This document shows positions 1-11,629 of a stretch of 63,704 bases of DNA, one piece after another. The stretch is taken from the IMG/VR virus record IMGVR_UViG_3300046522_000747; one strand, written 5' to 3'. The position numbers were made by a program, and so were the translations under genes. How positions within the stretch are numbered: the stretch's first letter is position 1; each line of letters starts with the position of its first letter. The notes beneath the pieces are model-generated. The model was not told the DNA's origin, did not search any database, and was given only the letters and a program-made list of their open reading frames with translations. The DNA is from an uncultured virus (IMG/VR IMGVR_UViG_3300046522_000747) (lineage: Duplodnaviria; Heunggongvirae; Uroviricota; Caudoviricetes).

Positions 1-56
1 ATGTTCCTCGTATAACGGTTCTCGCATAAAGACTTGTCTAAATGCTCTTACTTCCA

Positions 57-95
57 AATATATCCTTCTTCTCGGAAATTGTCAATGCTATTTTA
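57..95 (-). promoter_or_regulatory. sigma-70 promoter for a gene beyond the left edge, with a partial GTCAAT-N3-ATTGAC motif
   Basis: TTGACA (80-85), 17 bp, TATATT (57-62) on the minus strand; GTCAAT-gct-ATTTTA. Confidence 0.55.
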
Positions 96-103
96 CGTTT
101 ATC

Positions 104-1048
104 CTATAAAAAAGTTTTCCATTCCACAGAACCTAGGGCTAAAAGCAGGAAAATGAGGATGGATGAGCACAGGAACTCCATTGATTTATCTGGAATTTTG
201 TACATGTCAATGCATTTGTCCCCTTCCACCATGGTTTCCGTAATCGACGAAATGAACAAGTTAGAGTCTGGGGTTCCGAACAGGTACTGACTATTGTGCT
301 GATTCTCAATTGTGTCAAATCCTATAAGGCCAATTCCAGCCACATTCAGAATCTTGTTTCCGGACAGGCTCAGAGGAACAGCGCCTCTATCCCAGGCGGT
401 GAGAAGCCCTCGGCGTTCGAGCCTGCCTGCGAAGGTGTCTACGTCCCAAGTAGAAAGATCTTTTGCGATACTGAGACTGAATTTACCGGGTATTGAAATC
501 ATGTTTCCAGTTAAATATAATGGATCGTTTTCGGTGATAATGCTTTCAAGCAGCCTGATATCTCCCGATGGGCCGTCTATTCCGCCGCTCTTCAGGAGAT
601 CACGGTTTTTCTCGTAGGTGCTTGCGGTCAATTCTAGAGACACGCATTTTATTGTTTCTGAAATGATTTTTGTTCGTTTGTCCTGGCAGACCATGGCTGT
701 CCCGGATTTATCTCGAACAAAGAACGGATTGTCTGAGTGGAAAATACGAAGTGTATGGTTGGAGCTGAAGGAAACTGCCTTCACCTCCCAGAAGATGCAG
801 GGGCGTTGTGTGATGGGGGATAAAAGGGTTTTGCCTTTGATGCCAATGGCCTCCCCCTCTATTTCGACAAAGCCCTTCTGCTTGTCGGTGATCAGAGATC
901 TCGGAATGGCTTCCATGGAGGATGCAAGGGCAGAAAGTGCTTTAAGATTATTCCAGTACTTAAATCCAGAAATGAGCAGAGCTGTAATCACCAGCTGAAT
1001 ACAGCCCACGAGAATTAGATGATCTTTAACTAGCCATTCTGCTGTCAT
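104..1048 (-). CDS. GIDE-domain membrane protein
   Basis: N- and C-terminal TM helices; GFVEIEGEA..LLSPITQRPC..PFFVRDKSGTAMV matches the GIDE pattern; start at 1048 or 1090. Confidence 0.65.
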   Translation of the reverse strand: MTAEWLVKDHLILVGCIQLVITALLISGFKYWNNLKALSALASSMEAIPRSLITDKQKGFVEIEGEAIGIKGKTLLSPITQRPCIFWEVKAVSFSSNHTLRIFHSDNPFFVRDKSGTAMVCQDKRTKIISETIKCVSLELTASTYEKNRDLLKSGGIDGPSGDIRLLESIITENDPLYLTGNMISIPGKFSLSIAKDLSTWDVDTFAGRLERRGLLTAWDRGAVPLSLSGNKILNVAGIGLIGFDTIENQHNSQYLFGTPDSNLFISSITETMVEGDKCIDMYKIPDKSMEFLCSSILIFLLLALGSVEWKTFL

Positions 1049-1418
1049 GATGTTCAGTACCAAGGTTATGCGTTCGACGGAAGTTTCCAATCATGTTGTT
1101 AACCATGGCGTTCAGTGCAAGCAAGTTCTCGGAAAAATTTTCAAAGGTCAGGTCGTGACGAACCACTTCAATATTCATGGCACCATCGATCTTGACGTGA
1201 ACCTCAAAGCATATGGGCTCCACTTCGTTGATTTCACAAGGCGATACTTGTGCGTCGATGACATAAATTTGTAGTGAATCACAGTGCTCGTTGATCTGCT
1301 TTTCCCAAACGCATGAGCGCTTTCCGAAGCCGCCTTCCGTGTATCCGAATCCTGCCTTAATAAGATTCAAGCACACGGTTTGTGTGGCTTGAAAGGCCGA
1401 AATCTTGTGGTTGTCCAT
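1026..1418 (-). CDS. hypothetical protein
   Basis: 130-aa ORF with AGGAG RBS. Confidence 0.7.
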   Translation of the reverse strand: MDNHKISAFQATQTVCLNLIKAGFGYTEGGFGKRSCVWEKQINEHCDSLQIYVIDAQVSPCEINEVEPICFEVHVKIDGAMNIEVVRHDLTFENFSENLLALNAMVNNMIGNFRRTHNLGTEHHDSRMAS

Positions 1419-1454
1419 AATTGTAACTCCTATTATTTTACTATTTTTTTGAAT

Positions 1455-1478
1455 AAAAAAACCGCCTCTCGGGCGGTT
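1455..1478 (-). terminator. intrinsic terminator
   Basis: AACCGCC/GGCGGTT stem followed by a U-tract on the minus strand. Confidence 0.75.
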
Positions 1479-1496
1479 ATTGAATATTTCCGCCGT

Positions 1497-1592
1497 TTAA
1501 AGAGTTGTATACGCCTGAGAAAATAGAGAAAAGCCAATGATTGACTGGTCTACTTTGTCTGACGCTGAAGTTTCTTTAATTAGCGAAAACAT
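1497..1592 (-). CDS. putative 31-aa small protein
   Basis: MFSLIKETSASDKVDQSIIGFSLFSQAYTTL; GGTGA upstream and terminator directly downstream; not in the ORF track. Confidence 0.35.
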   Translation of the reverse strand: MFSLIKETSASDKVDQSIIGFSLFSQAYTTL

Positions 1593-1686
1593 GAAAATCA
1601 CCAAGGTGAAAGGCCTGGGTTTGCTCCAGAGCCTTTAATATTGAATCAAGCGAGCATATTAACCAAAATAATATCTTATGTCAAAG

Positions 1687-2514
1687 CTATTTGTTTTTCT
1701 TGTAAACAAAATTGAGTCCTTTATCCATCGCTGTGGGGTTATTCACAAAAGTCATGTAGACGCTACTACCCTGTGTGAATGCAAAATCTTCCGCACGCGC
1801 TCCCTTTTTTCCTCCGAAAATACTGGTTTCCGTTGTATAGGACGGATCAAATCGGTTCCACAAAGTTCCATAAGCTCCGGTTTGTTTAAGCAGGCTTTGG
1901 GAGATCAGTGTGTGCTGTGTGATGAGGGGGTCATCTTGCGTCATAATTTGTACCAAGTCCTTCAGGGACAGGTCACAATTGATGTTTGCTGTGATGATGC
2001 GCTGGCCAGATTTGATGGCGTCAGACGTCGGTGTCAGGCAGCTGTTCTGGAAAGGTTTGTCTGCGCTGGCCAGTGTTTTCTCTACAAGCTTCATGGCTTC
2101 TGGGCCATTGAGATTGAACACCAGATTCTTTTTCTCACCCTGGAACAGCATCATTACGAGAGAAAGTGATTCTTTGTCAGTTTGCTCCGTGTCATAGCTC
2201 GATGAGCTTGAGAGCACCAGATTGTTCTCCAGCATGGCTGGATCAGTTGGCAGAAATCCATTGGTTCTAAAGATGACCTGCTTTCCATTGACCGTGTACG
2301 TAGCAGTCATATTCCCATCGGGATCAGGTGTTTTGTTGGCTTGAAAGCTTTTCGCAGCCTCAGCGCCGAATTCATTTTTGTAATCGTCTTCGATAGTCAG
2401 CTTGTCGATGTAGCGAAGCTGGCCTTGTTTTGCCGGTGCAATGAGCGCTGCGCCTGCAAGGACCGAGGCAGAGATGAGCGAAACAAGTGCAACGGTAACC
2501 ACGCGGTTTGACAT
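1687..2514 (-). CDS. exported hypothetical protein
   Basis: N-terminal hydrophobic signal/anchor; AAGGA RBS. Confidence 0.75.
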   Translation of the reverse strand: MSNRVVTVALVSLISASVLAGAALIAPAKQGQLRYIDKLTIEDDYKNEFGAEAAKSFQANKTPDPDGNMTATYTVNGKQVIFRTNGFLPTDPAMLENNLVLSSSSSYDTEQTDKESLSLVMMLFQGEKKNLVFNLNGPEAMKLVEKTLASADKPFQNSCLTPTSDAIKSGQRIITANINCDLSLKDLVQIMTQDDPLITQHTLISQSLLKQTGAYGTLWNRFDPSYTTETSIFGGKKGARAEDFAFTQGSSVYMTFVNNPTAMDKGLNFVYKKNK

Positions 2515-2522
2515 GATGTTCC

Positions 2523-3119
2523 TTATGATTTTAGTTTTGTTTGGATAGTGTAATGGAATTCTGAAAGATAATCTGTTGAAGCACCGGATGCTTGATTATC
2601 GATGATGCTGTCAAATGAGATTGTCGCCTTTCCCGGCACCTTGACGGAGATGTTTGGCATATCGAAAAAGGATTGACTGTGCTGGATGGTGAGGCTGCCC
2701 ATGCTACAAGACCTTTCAGAAGATGCATGCCACGTTTCCCAAAGCGAGTGGCTCTTCTGCATGTCTACAAGGTCGAGCAGAGCAAAATGCGCAATGGCGA
2801 GGGCTTCGGCATCAACCTTTCGGCTGTCGATCTGGGAAGCGGCCATAAGAAGGCTCTTCGACAGTTCCGTATAATCGGTTACGGTGGTCGCCTTGATCTC
2901 ATAGTCATGGCTGGTAAACACCAGCTGATTGTTCTCGTAAACTTGCGTCAATACGTGCTGATGAGCCAAGACTGAAGAGGTGAAGCGAAATCGTCTGTCG
3001 GCGGAAGGCAGCGTCCAGGCAGCCTTGATGACATACGCGGGGTCCATTCTCTTATCCTCATCAAGAAAGCCCTTGGTACGTGCGAGCAGTGCAATAAGGC
3101 CCACTGGGGCTAGACTCAT
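2523..3119 (-). CDS. hypothetical protein
   Basis: 198-aa ORF, co-oriented and tightly spaced with the next gene. Confidence 0.7.
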   Translation of the reverse strand: MSLAPVGLIALLARTKGFLDEDKRMDPAYVIKAAWTLPSADRRFRFTSSVLAHQHVLTQVYENNQLVFTSHDYEIKATTVTDYTELSKSLLMAASQIDSRKVDAEALAIAHFALLDLVDMQKSHSLWETWHASSERSCSMGSLTIQHSQSFFDMPNISVKVPGKATISFDSIIDNQASGASTDYLSEFHYTIQTKLKS

Positions 3120-3226
3120 GATGATTGCCTTGTCTGGTTGGTGGCCGGATTATCCAATGCTCAATTCAACAATTGGTAATAAGATCCGACAGAAGTGATA
3201 TAATTTCCTGAAATAAATATACCAAG

Positions 3227-3243
3227 ACATTGACAAATGTCAA
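3227..3243. promoter_or_regulatory. TTGAC-N4-GTCAA palindrome (FNR/Anr-like geometry)
   Basis: ACATTGACAAATGTCAA, identical to 54157-54173; lies between divergent genes. Confidence 0.55.
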
Positions 3244-3259
3244 CAATAGAGGATGAATC

Positions 3260-3775
3260 ATGCATGATATGCAGCTGCTGATGTCGGAAAACCGATTTGT
3301 TGGATACCGGTTTTCTGTGAAGGTGGTCGTTGGAACAACTCTTTCTGAAAAAATGCAAAAGAAGGTTGATTTGAGCCCGGTGTTGGGAGAAACCACGCTG
3401 ACATTGACCACGCCTGTTGCTGATATAGACCTCATGCTCGAATTGTCTGCAAAGAAAATCTATCAAAATATGAAGGCCCATGAGGCTTTGATCGATGACG
3501 TAACCATCGATAGCATTATCGATGAGGACGGTCATAGTCATGAGTCTACAGCTTTAAGCGCCCTTCTCTCTTGGCTGAACCACTATGACATTTCAGATGA
3601 TGCTATTCGGGAATCAGTGGTCGATCTGACACTTTATGACCAAAGAATGATTCTGACCTTTTGCGAGAGGCATACAATCAGCGGCAAAAAACTCGAAGGT
3701 TTGATCAGCTATTTTACGAAAAATCCTGAGGAGGCGTTGCTGCACATGGCGGGTCGGCTGACATCAACCAATTGA
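3260..3775 (+). CDS. hypothetical protein
   Basis: 171-aa ORF with GAGGA RBS. Confidence 0.7.
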   Translation: MHDMQLLMSENRFVGYRFSVKVVVGTTLSEKMQKKVDLSPVLGETTLTLTTPVADIDLMLELSAKKIYQNMKAHEALIDDVTIDSIIDEDGHSHESTALSALLSWLNHYDISDDAIRESVVDLTLYDQRMILTFCERHTISGKKLEGLISYFTKNPEEALLHMAGRLTSTN

Positions 3776-3828
3776 CACTCATGCTGCCCTGTATATAATA
3801 AGCGACAAATACAGGGGTTACAAAACAC

Positions 3829-4578
3829 ATGTTCAAAAAGACACTTATTGCATTAGCCATTGCAGTGATGGGCACATCCTGCGTTTATGCTGATGATTTG
3901 ACAGCAAAACCCGAGTGGGATCTCAGCCCTTACAGTTCTTCTGCCTTGGTAGCTAAACAGATAGAGAAAGTCACTCAAGAGCAGGAAGAGGTTGAGGCTC
4001 AGGCTTCTGTTGATGGAGATGGAAGCCTCCCTGATTCAATTGAAAGGGCTAAACAGGCTGAGATTTTGACTCAAGCTGCGATTTCTACTTTAGAGAAGCA
4101 ATTTGTATTCAAAAATGAATCAGCGCCTTTCTTGTCCATCAACTACAAAGTTACCGTTATAAAATCGTCAACAAAAGAAGCAATTCTGAATATAAATGCA
4201 GCCCTTAAGCCTAACTCTGATGCAGATTTTGCAGAGAGAAATCAACTTGCAGCTCCTCAGCCAAAAATGGTGTTCGATGGAGCGCAGGACAAGGTGGCAG
4301 CTCAAAAGCAGCTGCTCAGTGAATACAGATTTGTCATAGAGAATAAAACAAAATCTAATGGAGTTGTAGAGACCTCTGTAAGTTATGCATTCACTGTGGC
4401 TGATGATGTACCTCCAGTAATTCAGACCAAAAATGGTTCAGAAAGCGTAAAGGCCACGAGCGAAAGTCTTGGCAGTTTTGTCCAGCAGAATGTTTACGAC
4501 AAGGGTGCATTTGTGAAGCCAATCACCGAGTATCAAATAGGAAATTACATCATCGTTGTAGAGATGATCGCAGGATAA
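3829..4578 (+). CDS. exported hypothetical protein
   Basis: Sec signal MFKKTLIALAIAVMGTSCVYA; TTGACA-16-TATAAT promoter at 3772-3799. Confidence 0.75.
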   Translation: MFKKTLIALAIAVMGTSCVYADDLTAKPEWDLSPYSSSALVAKQIEKVTQEQEEVEAQASVDGDGSLPDSIERAKQAEILTQAAISTLEKQFVFKNESAPFLSINYKVTVIKSSTKEAILNINAALKPNSDADFAERNQLAAPQPKMVFDGAQDKVAAQKQLLSEYRFVIENKTKSNGVVETSVSYAFTVADDVPPVIQTKNGSESVKATSESLGSFVQQNVYDKGAFVKPITEYQIGNYIIVVEMIAG

Positions 4579-4686
4579 TTAAGTTCGCAGCATGTCTGGA
4601 CTTTTTTAAAAAGGTTTGCTATATTGACAGTCAAGACCCCTTTGCAGGGGTCTTCTTGTATCGTTATAACAGGGTTTGGAGGCAAA

Positions 4687-5295
4687 ATGACTCCTGATGA
4701 GCTGGTGGCAATCAGAAAAGGCATCAAATTTAGCCAGCAAAACTTCAGCGACCGTATGGGCGTCGGCATTCGCACGTACCAAAAATGGGAACTCGGTGAA
4801 AGCCCAATTAGGCCTATGGTTGCACGGTCAATCCTCAATGTTGAGGAGTTGGTGAAAATTGAAAACAAGGCTCGCCAAGCGAAGGTGGTCGTTGAGAAAG
4901 CAGAGGCACTACGAGAGAGCCTGATAGCTGCTGTAGAGGGGCTCAAAACAATGGGTGCCCATGGTAAGTCTAGTGATCGTATATTGGAGCTGCTGGCACA
5001 AAACAGAGCCCCTTCCAAAGAAGAGGTGTCCAGCCTGTTCCGAACGCTGGAGAGCCCTGTTCAGCTGGCTGCTAATACGGTTGCCGTTATCCAGGCGCTG
5101 GTGCTTGAGGCCAAAAAGAGCCGCTCTGACGAAGAGGCAACTGAATACTTCAGGTCGATTCTGAAGGAAAGCATGGATCTCGACACTCATGAGCAACTTA
5201 TAGATTGGGCTGAAAAGAATTACCTGATGACCAGTACTGATGTCGTGAAGAGTGTTTTCAAGGCCGTCAGTAAGAAACTGTCTCAGCAGAGCTGA
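4687..5295 (+). CDS. XRE-family HTH protein with C-terminal helical extension
   Basis: MTPDELVAIRKGIKFSQQNFSDRMGVGIRTYQKWELG is a typical XRE HTH; start reassigned to ATG 4687 behind GGAGG. Confidence 0.8.
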   Translation: MTPDELVAIRKGIKFSQQNFSDRMGVGIRTYQKWELGESPIRPMVARSILNVEELVKIENKARQAKVVVEKAEALRESLIAAVEGLKTMGAHGKSSDRILELLAQNRAPSKEEVSSLFRTLESPVQLAANTVAVIQALVLEAKKSRSDEEATEYFRSILKESMDLDTHEQLIDWAEKNYLMTSTDVVKSVFKAVSKKLSQQS

Positions 5296-5442
5296 AAATC
5301 ATAATGATGGTATAGGCCACTCCGGTGGCCTTTATTTTGCCCCTAGCGATAGTTTTACTTAATGATGCTTATCAAATTAAAAGATTATTAATATGCAAAT
5401 AATGTTTGTAAACTGGGAGCATAAACAAACAAGGAGTAATAC

Positions 5443-7042
<1,600 letters not shown>

Positions 7043-7094
7043 CCAAGGCTCGTTCACACCCCAGGCTTATCCAGATGAGCTTGGGGCGCGTTCC

Positions 7095-7448
7095 TTACGC
7101 CAAAATTGCGATACACAAAATGAAAAGTCCGCCAAGTCCAAAGGCCTTGACTAGCCACAGTAAAGCGCTGTCTTCTGATGCGTCGCCTTGATCCATTGAG
7201 TAGAACGCGATTGCCTCAATTGCGACGAGAACTACCACCGCCGCCGCTTTTATTCCAAATGCATCATACAATATCCAGACTATAATACTGAGCAAACTTG
7301 CAGTAAATACTGCCATCAACGCAGGGATTTCAAATTTTCCAATTTTGATCTGCGCAGATGCCAATGCACCAACTGTCTTCACGAGTCCGCCAAAACAGAA
7401 ATACGAAAATAGAACAGCGGCAATTACTATGATAAATGGGTTCATCAA
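7095..7448 (-). CDS. small 4-TM membrane protein
   Basis: four hydrophobic segments; AGGAG RBS. Confidence 0.7.
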   Translation of the reverse strand: MMNPFIIVIAAVLFSYFCFGGLVKTVGALASAQIKIGKFEIPALMAVFTASLLSIIVWILYDAFGIKAAAVVVLVAIEAIAFYSMDQGDASEDSALLWLVKAFGLGGLFILCIAILA

Positions 7449-7457
7449 ATTCTCCTG

Positions 7458-7667
7458 TTAGCTTCTGTCAAACTGATCAAGATCGGTGTGTATCCGTTCC
7501 CAGTGCAACATCGTATAGCGACCCAGGTTCAAACGTGTGTCAATGGTGCGCTGGCCACAACCGGTGGTCTTCTCAGTCACCCATAGATTGATCAAAGGGC
7601 GCCCTATCCCACCTCTGAATATGCGTTGTAGCAAAGTTCGACGTGCTGGTGTTTCGATGTGGCTCAT
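7458..7667 (-). CDS. hypothetical protein
   Basis: 69 aa; AAGGA RBS. Confidence 0.6.
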   Translation of the reverse strand: MSHIETPARRTLLQRIFRGGIGRPLINLWVTEKTTGCGQRTIDTRLNLGRYTMLHWERIHTDLDQFDRS

Positions 7668-7718
7668 GATTGTTTTCCTTGAATTATCATAATTGCAAAC
7701 GCATGTTCTGATTCATAA

Positions 7719-7889
7719 TCAGCTAATTTGTTGGATGGACAGAATTGTCATAATTCCATCACCCCAGCCTTGATCCTCTTCAATGGCTTTAATCTGAGCA
7801 TCATTTTCGTCCTGGTCGTCATCCACATCGACCGTTGTGGTGGGCGTGTTGCCTTCATAATTTATGTACTGAATTTCGTATGTCTTCAT
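7719..7889 (-). CDS. small acidic protein (56 aa)
   Basis: MKTYEIQYINYEGNTPTTTVDVDDDQDENDAQIKAIEEDQGWGDGIMTILSIQQIS; fills a gap in the minus-strand gene run; not in the ORF track. Confidence 0.6.
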   Translation of the reverse strand: MKTYEIQYINYEGNTPTTTVDVDDDQDENDAQIKAIEEDQGWGDGIMTILSIQQIS

Positions 7890-7919
7890 ATGGATAGTCT
7901 GGCTTTTAGTTATGCATGC

Positions 7920-8156
7920 TTATTCATGATCACTTTTAACCATGAATGCGAGCGCTTCGACAGATGTATCGAACGTATAGCAAACAGAGTAATCACCCGC
8001 TGCGACGGATTCAGTATGCTCGATTTCAAAGCCATCCTTCCAGAAGGCTGCCCATTGCCCGGTCGGTAGCTCAAGAAGCATCCAATTCAAATGTGGGCAC
8101 GACCGTGCCATGCGTAACAAAATAGCTTTAGCTTCTGGCGAACTGCTCTGGCTCAT
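7920..8156 (-). CDS. hypothetical protein
   Basis: 78 aa; AGGA RBS. Confidence 0.6.
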   Translation of the reverse strand: MSQSSSPEAKAILLRMARSCPHLNWMLLELPTGQWAAFWKDGFEIEHTESVAAGDYSVCYTFDTSVEALAFMVKSDHE

Positions 8157-8355
8157 GAGCTTTCCTGATAGGAAGGATGATATAAACGTCTGCTGTATTC
8201 TAGATGTTTATTCATAAGCTGCAAGTGGTTATTCTTGCATAGACACCAGTGGTCGTAAGTAAATACAGGGAGACTACGCACACCGTATTTACTCTGACTA
8301 TTAGGCTTGGAATATAAATTGTGTATAGCAGCTGCGCTGAAATTGCCCAGCCGGG

Positions 8356-8892
8356 TTAGTAGCTCATTCCTGCGGCCATCGCCATCTCTTTGTCTTTTCG
8401 AATCAGGAAATCGCGAGCCACTGTCGTGCATTTTCCAAGCAGATTGAGCTTTTTACCTCTCCATTGCGCCGGATCGAAAATTCTCGGGTCATTCTCATCT
8501 CTGCCTGCACCCCAGGTGTCGTCGTATTTTGAGGCTTCCACCAGGATTGTTCCGACTGTTGAAATCAGCAGATCTTTAAGGTCTTTGTGTTGTGAATATT
8601 TAGCGATCAGGCCTGCCGTCACGATCCGCTCTCTTTTAGCGATCCAGACTTCCTCCACAAATGGGCTGACCTGTTTACCCAAGTCTTTTTGTCTTTGCTG
8701 ACACCTTGGGCCTGTTGTCTCCAAAATTTTCTGTGCGGTAACAGTGTCTCCAAATAGCATGGCCTTGCTGTACATCATGTACTGTTCCATGCAATTGAAG
8801 GTAATGTTTTTTACTTTAAAATCACGCAAATACCAATTTGAAAACGCGTCTTGAGCCGAGAAAAATAGAGTGAATCCATTAGCTATTTTCAT
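8356..8892 (-). CDS. NADAR (YbiA-like) family hydrolase
   Basis: FSNWY, EQYMMYSKAMLFGD, LVEASKYDDTWGAG and WRG..NLLGK motifs. Confidence 0.9.
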   Translation of the reverse strand: MKIANGFTLFFSAQDAFSNWYLRDFKVKNITFNCMEQYMMYSKAMLFGDTVTAQKILETTGPRCQQRQKDLGKQVSPFVEEVWIAKRERIVTAGLIAKYSQHKDLKDLLISTVGTILVEASKYDDTWGAGRDENDPRIFDPAQWRGKKLNLLGKCTTVARDFLIRKDKEMAMAAGMSY

Positions 8893-8986
8893 TTAAATAT
8901 CCTTGTCTATCCTTCCATTTTAGCACGCTTTTAATTGACTTAAAATTGAATATTCACTATAATTTATGCCTTAAAGGAGTGACAAT

Positions 8987-9766
8987 ATGCCAACACGATT
9001 CAGAGCCAAAAATTCTTTTCAATTCAAGAGCTTCACTAGCCTGACTAAGGCTCAACGCAAAGAAAAAGTTACCAAAGTAAAAAACCAAATCCGGTTCACC
9101 GAAAAACTGTTTGGAACCTCTTTGTTTACCAGTCACGCAGATATCCGAGAGGGCAATCGTCCTGACGCGTTCTGCCAAAACTTCTTGTTCAGCATGCTGG
9201 GTAATCACAAGCATGATATCTGGATCGTTGACATGATTACGGCTAATGAAGCGTTTTGGCGCGAAACCAGTAAGCGTGCTTCAGACATCGCAGAGCAGAA
9301 GTTGCTGGATGTCGGAATCACACGCCATGATTTTGAAGATGGATCTAATCTAAGTCTCAAAGAAAAGATTCATCGTTGGCTGAGCGAGCCTAAGCCAACA
9401 TATGATGTCTTTGACGGTCGCACCTTCCAGGAGGAGAAAGAACGTATTGAGGCGGAGTTGATTCTCAACACACCACCAGTTATTCACGAGGCCCTCGTAC
9501 GTGATGAAAAACATCCGGGTGGCATCTATTTTGAATTGATTGTTGATGTGCCGAAAATTGATGCATCGGTGATTGAAGCTGTGGCACAGCAACTTCGTGC
9601 CACCAACGCATCGGCCTACGTTGTTGAGCAGCCGGTTGCTCGTGAAAAACTGCCTGCAACCACATTTCATGAGGCTATGAATGCCGCTGATGCACCCGGC
9701 TATATGCTGGGCTGGCCTCTCCTTCCCTTGCCTGGGCTGATGCGTAGATTGCGCATTCAGTCATAA
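8987..9766 (+). CDS. hypothetical protein
   Basis: 259 aa; AGGAG RBS; TATAAT upstream. Confidence 0.75.
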   Translation: MPTRFRAKNSFQFKSFTSLTKAQRKEKVTKVKNQIRFTEKLFGTSLFTSHADIREGNRPDAFCQNFLFSMLGNHKHDIWIVDMITANEAFWRETSKRASDIAEQKLLDVGITRHDFEDGSNLSLKEKIHRWLSEPKPTYDVFDGRTFQEEKERIEAELILNTPPVIHEALVRDEKHPGGIYFELIVDVPKIDASVIEAVAQQLRATNASAYVVEQPVAREKLPATTFHEAMNAADAPGYMLGWPLLPLPGLMRRLRIQS

Positions 9767-10348
9767 TTCGTTTTGTAGCTGAGGCTGATAGCTGCGATAG
9801 ATGCTCAAGGCGTCTTTCTCGGCTATCAGCCCTTTCACTAATGGTTCCGGCAACTTGTACGGCCTGATTTTTAGCGTATCGGCAACATAATCCTCAACAG
9901 CCTCAGACATAAAGCCGCCCTGCTCTTCATGGAAAGCAGTCATTAGACTTTCCAGGCGTTGAGCGTCTGCTGCTCGACAAAAAACCCTCACTCCATTTGC
10001 GCCCTGCATAAGGTCAATGGCTTCGCAGTCGCTTGCTTTTAGGTAGGCTACAAATGCTGCGCCAAAGCGTTCTAGATCGGGTTGCTCCAAATACCTCTCT
10101 CCCTCGCGGCGATCATCCTCTATCACCGTATAGACCGGCTCAACAGTAAAACTGTGATCAAGAAGAAGATCTGTGCTCGCTGTCGGTCGAGTTTCAGGTT
10201 TTTGTTTAAGTATGGCTCGATAGATATTCGTGAGCGATACCAGCTTGCCGGTTATTGTCAGATCGATCTCTTCTTCCTTGCTGACCCCGGTGCTGTCCCT
10301 CAGATTTTTGTACGCGAGCAGAACGCCATAGGCTGTTTTTTTGTTCAT
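9761..10348 (-). CDS. hypothetical protein
   Basis: 195 aa; AAGGA RBS. Confidence 0.75.
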   Translation of the reverse strand: MNKKTAYGVLLAYKNLRDSTGVSKEEEIDLTITGKLVSLTNIYRAILKQKPETRPTASTDLLLDHSFTVEPVYTVIEDDRREGERYLEQPDLERFGAAFVAYLKASDCEAIDLMQGANGVRVFCRAADAQRLESLMTAFHEEQGGFMSEAVEDYVADTLKIRPYKLPEPLVKGLIAEKDALSIYRSYQPQLQNEL

Positions 10349-10465
10349 GAGAGAGTCCTTTTTCTCTCATTATAACAAAACCCGGCATAGGCCGGGTTCT
10401 GGCGGTAAACAGCGTCTCATAACATGGTATGTACTACATACTATGTAGCACAGTGACCAGATGCT

Positions 10466-11320
10466 TTACGCCGCGAGGTCTTCAAAGTCCAACCCCAACT
10501 CCTCCAGGCGATCCTGAAGTTTCCCCGTCGCGTCCTTGAGGATCTGACGGCAGCGTTCGCGGGAGATGTTCAACTGACGGCCCAGGTCGGCACAGGTGGT
10601 TTCCTCACGGCCATCGAAGCCGTAGTAGTTCAAAACGATGAACTTCTCACGGTCGTTGAGGCTTGCAATGATGTTTGTGATCATTTCGGAAGTGTCCTTT
10701 TCTTCAATATCATTCAACGGGTTGCAGTTGTCTTCCAGAAAACTGACAAAACTTTTGCTTTCCGAATCATCGTCATCGACAGACGCGTCGAGTGAAAGAC
10801 TGAACTGGACGGCTTCTGTGAGCTTGCGTACCGACGACTCATCAATATCGAGTAGCTTGGCAACTTCATGGTCAAAAACATCGCGATTGAGCTGCTGCTC
10901 CAATTTTCGTCTGGTGCGCACTACCTTGTGGGCGGCTTTTACGACGTGGGTCGGAATATGCACCGCTTTGTTTTTGATCAGCATCTCTTCGATTTTGGTT
11001 CGAATCCAGCGATCTGCATAAGTGCTGAAAGCAAAGTTCAGCTCTGGGTCAAATTTGTCTACGGCTGTCAGCAGCCCTTCGTTGCCAGCAGCGACCAGCT
11101 CCTCGTATTGAACACCCGACTTGAGGTAGGCTTTGGCAATGTGCATGACCAATCGCAGGTTGCGTTCAACCATACGAGAGCGCGCTCGCATGTCGCCGTT
11201 GCGGGCCAGTCGCGCCAGCGCAATCATCTCATCGTGAGGGATAACGTCGAGTTTCTGAACCTCGTTTTTGTAGACGGAGAAGGAACGGGCTTCTTCAGAA
11301 AATTTCTGTGCTACTGACAT
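10466..11320 (-). CDS. RNA polymerase sigma-70 family factor (RpoS/RpoH-sized, no region 1.1)
   Basis: NLRLVMHIAK, GLLTAVDKFDPE..FSTYADRWIR (region 2), SLD, and ISRERCRQI (region 4). Confidence 0.92.
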   Translation of the reverse strand: MSVAQKFSEEARSFSVYKNEVQKLDVIPHDEMIALARLARNGDMRARSRMVERNLRLVMHIAKAYLKSGVQYEELVAAGNEGLLTAVDKFDPELNFAFSTYADRWIRTKIEEMLIKNKAVHIPTHVVKAAHKVVRTRRKLEQQLNRDVFDHEVAKLLDIDESSVRKLTEAVQFSLSLDASVDDDDSESKSFVSFLEDNCNPLNDIEEKDTSEMITNIIASLNDREKFIVLNYYGFDGREETTCADLGRQLNISRERCRQILKDATGKLQDRLEELGLDFEDLAA

Positions 11321-11629
11321 TGATCTATCCTTGAATGACTATGGTTACGTTGATTATGTGACCTTCTCGGTTCGGAGAAAGTTCGCATTTCTTGTACATA
11401 ACTATACAAAGGCACGGGATTTTGTCAAAGACGAGCATTCATTTATTGTTTCAAAACGGACTTATCGTTCATTTATTTTTTCAAAAACGATGAAAACGGG
11501 TGTTTTTGGAAAAAATGTTCCATTTCCTGCCCCTGAAATCCACCCAAACGGATGGATTTTTGAGGCTGAAACCATTCTGCCTGGGCTTTAGAATTGAAGA
11601 ATTTATGGACTCTGAAGGTTTCTAGAATT

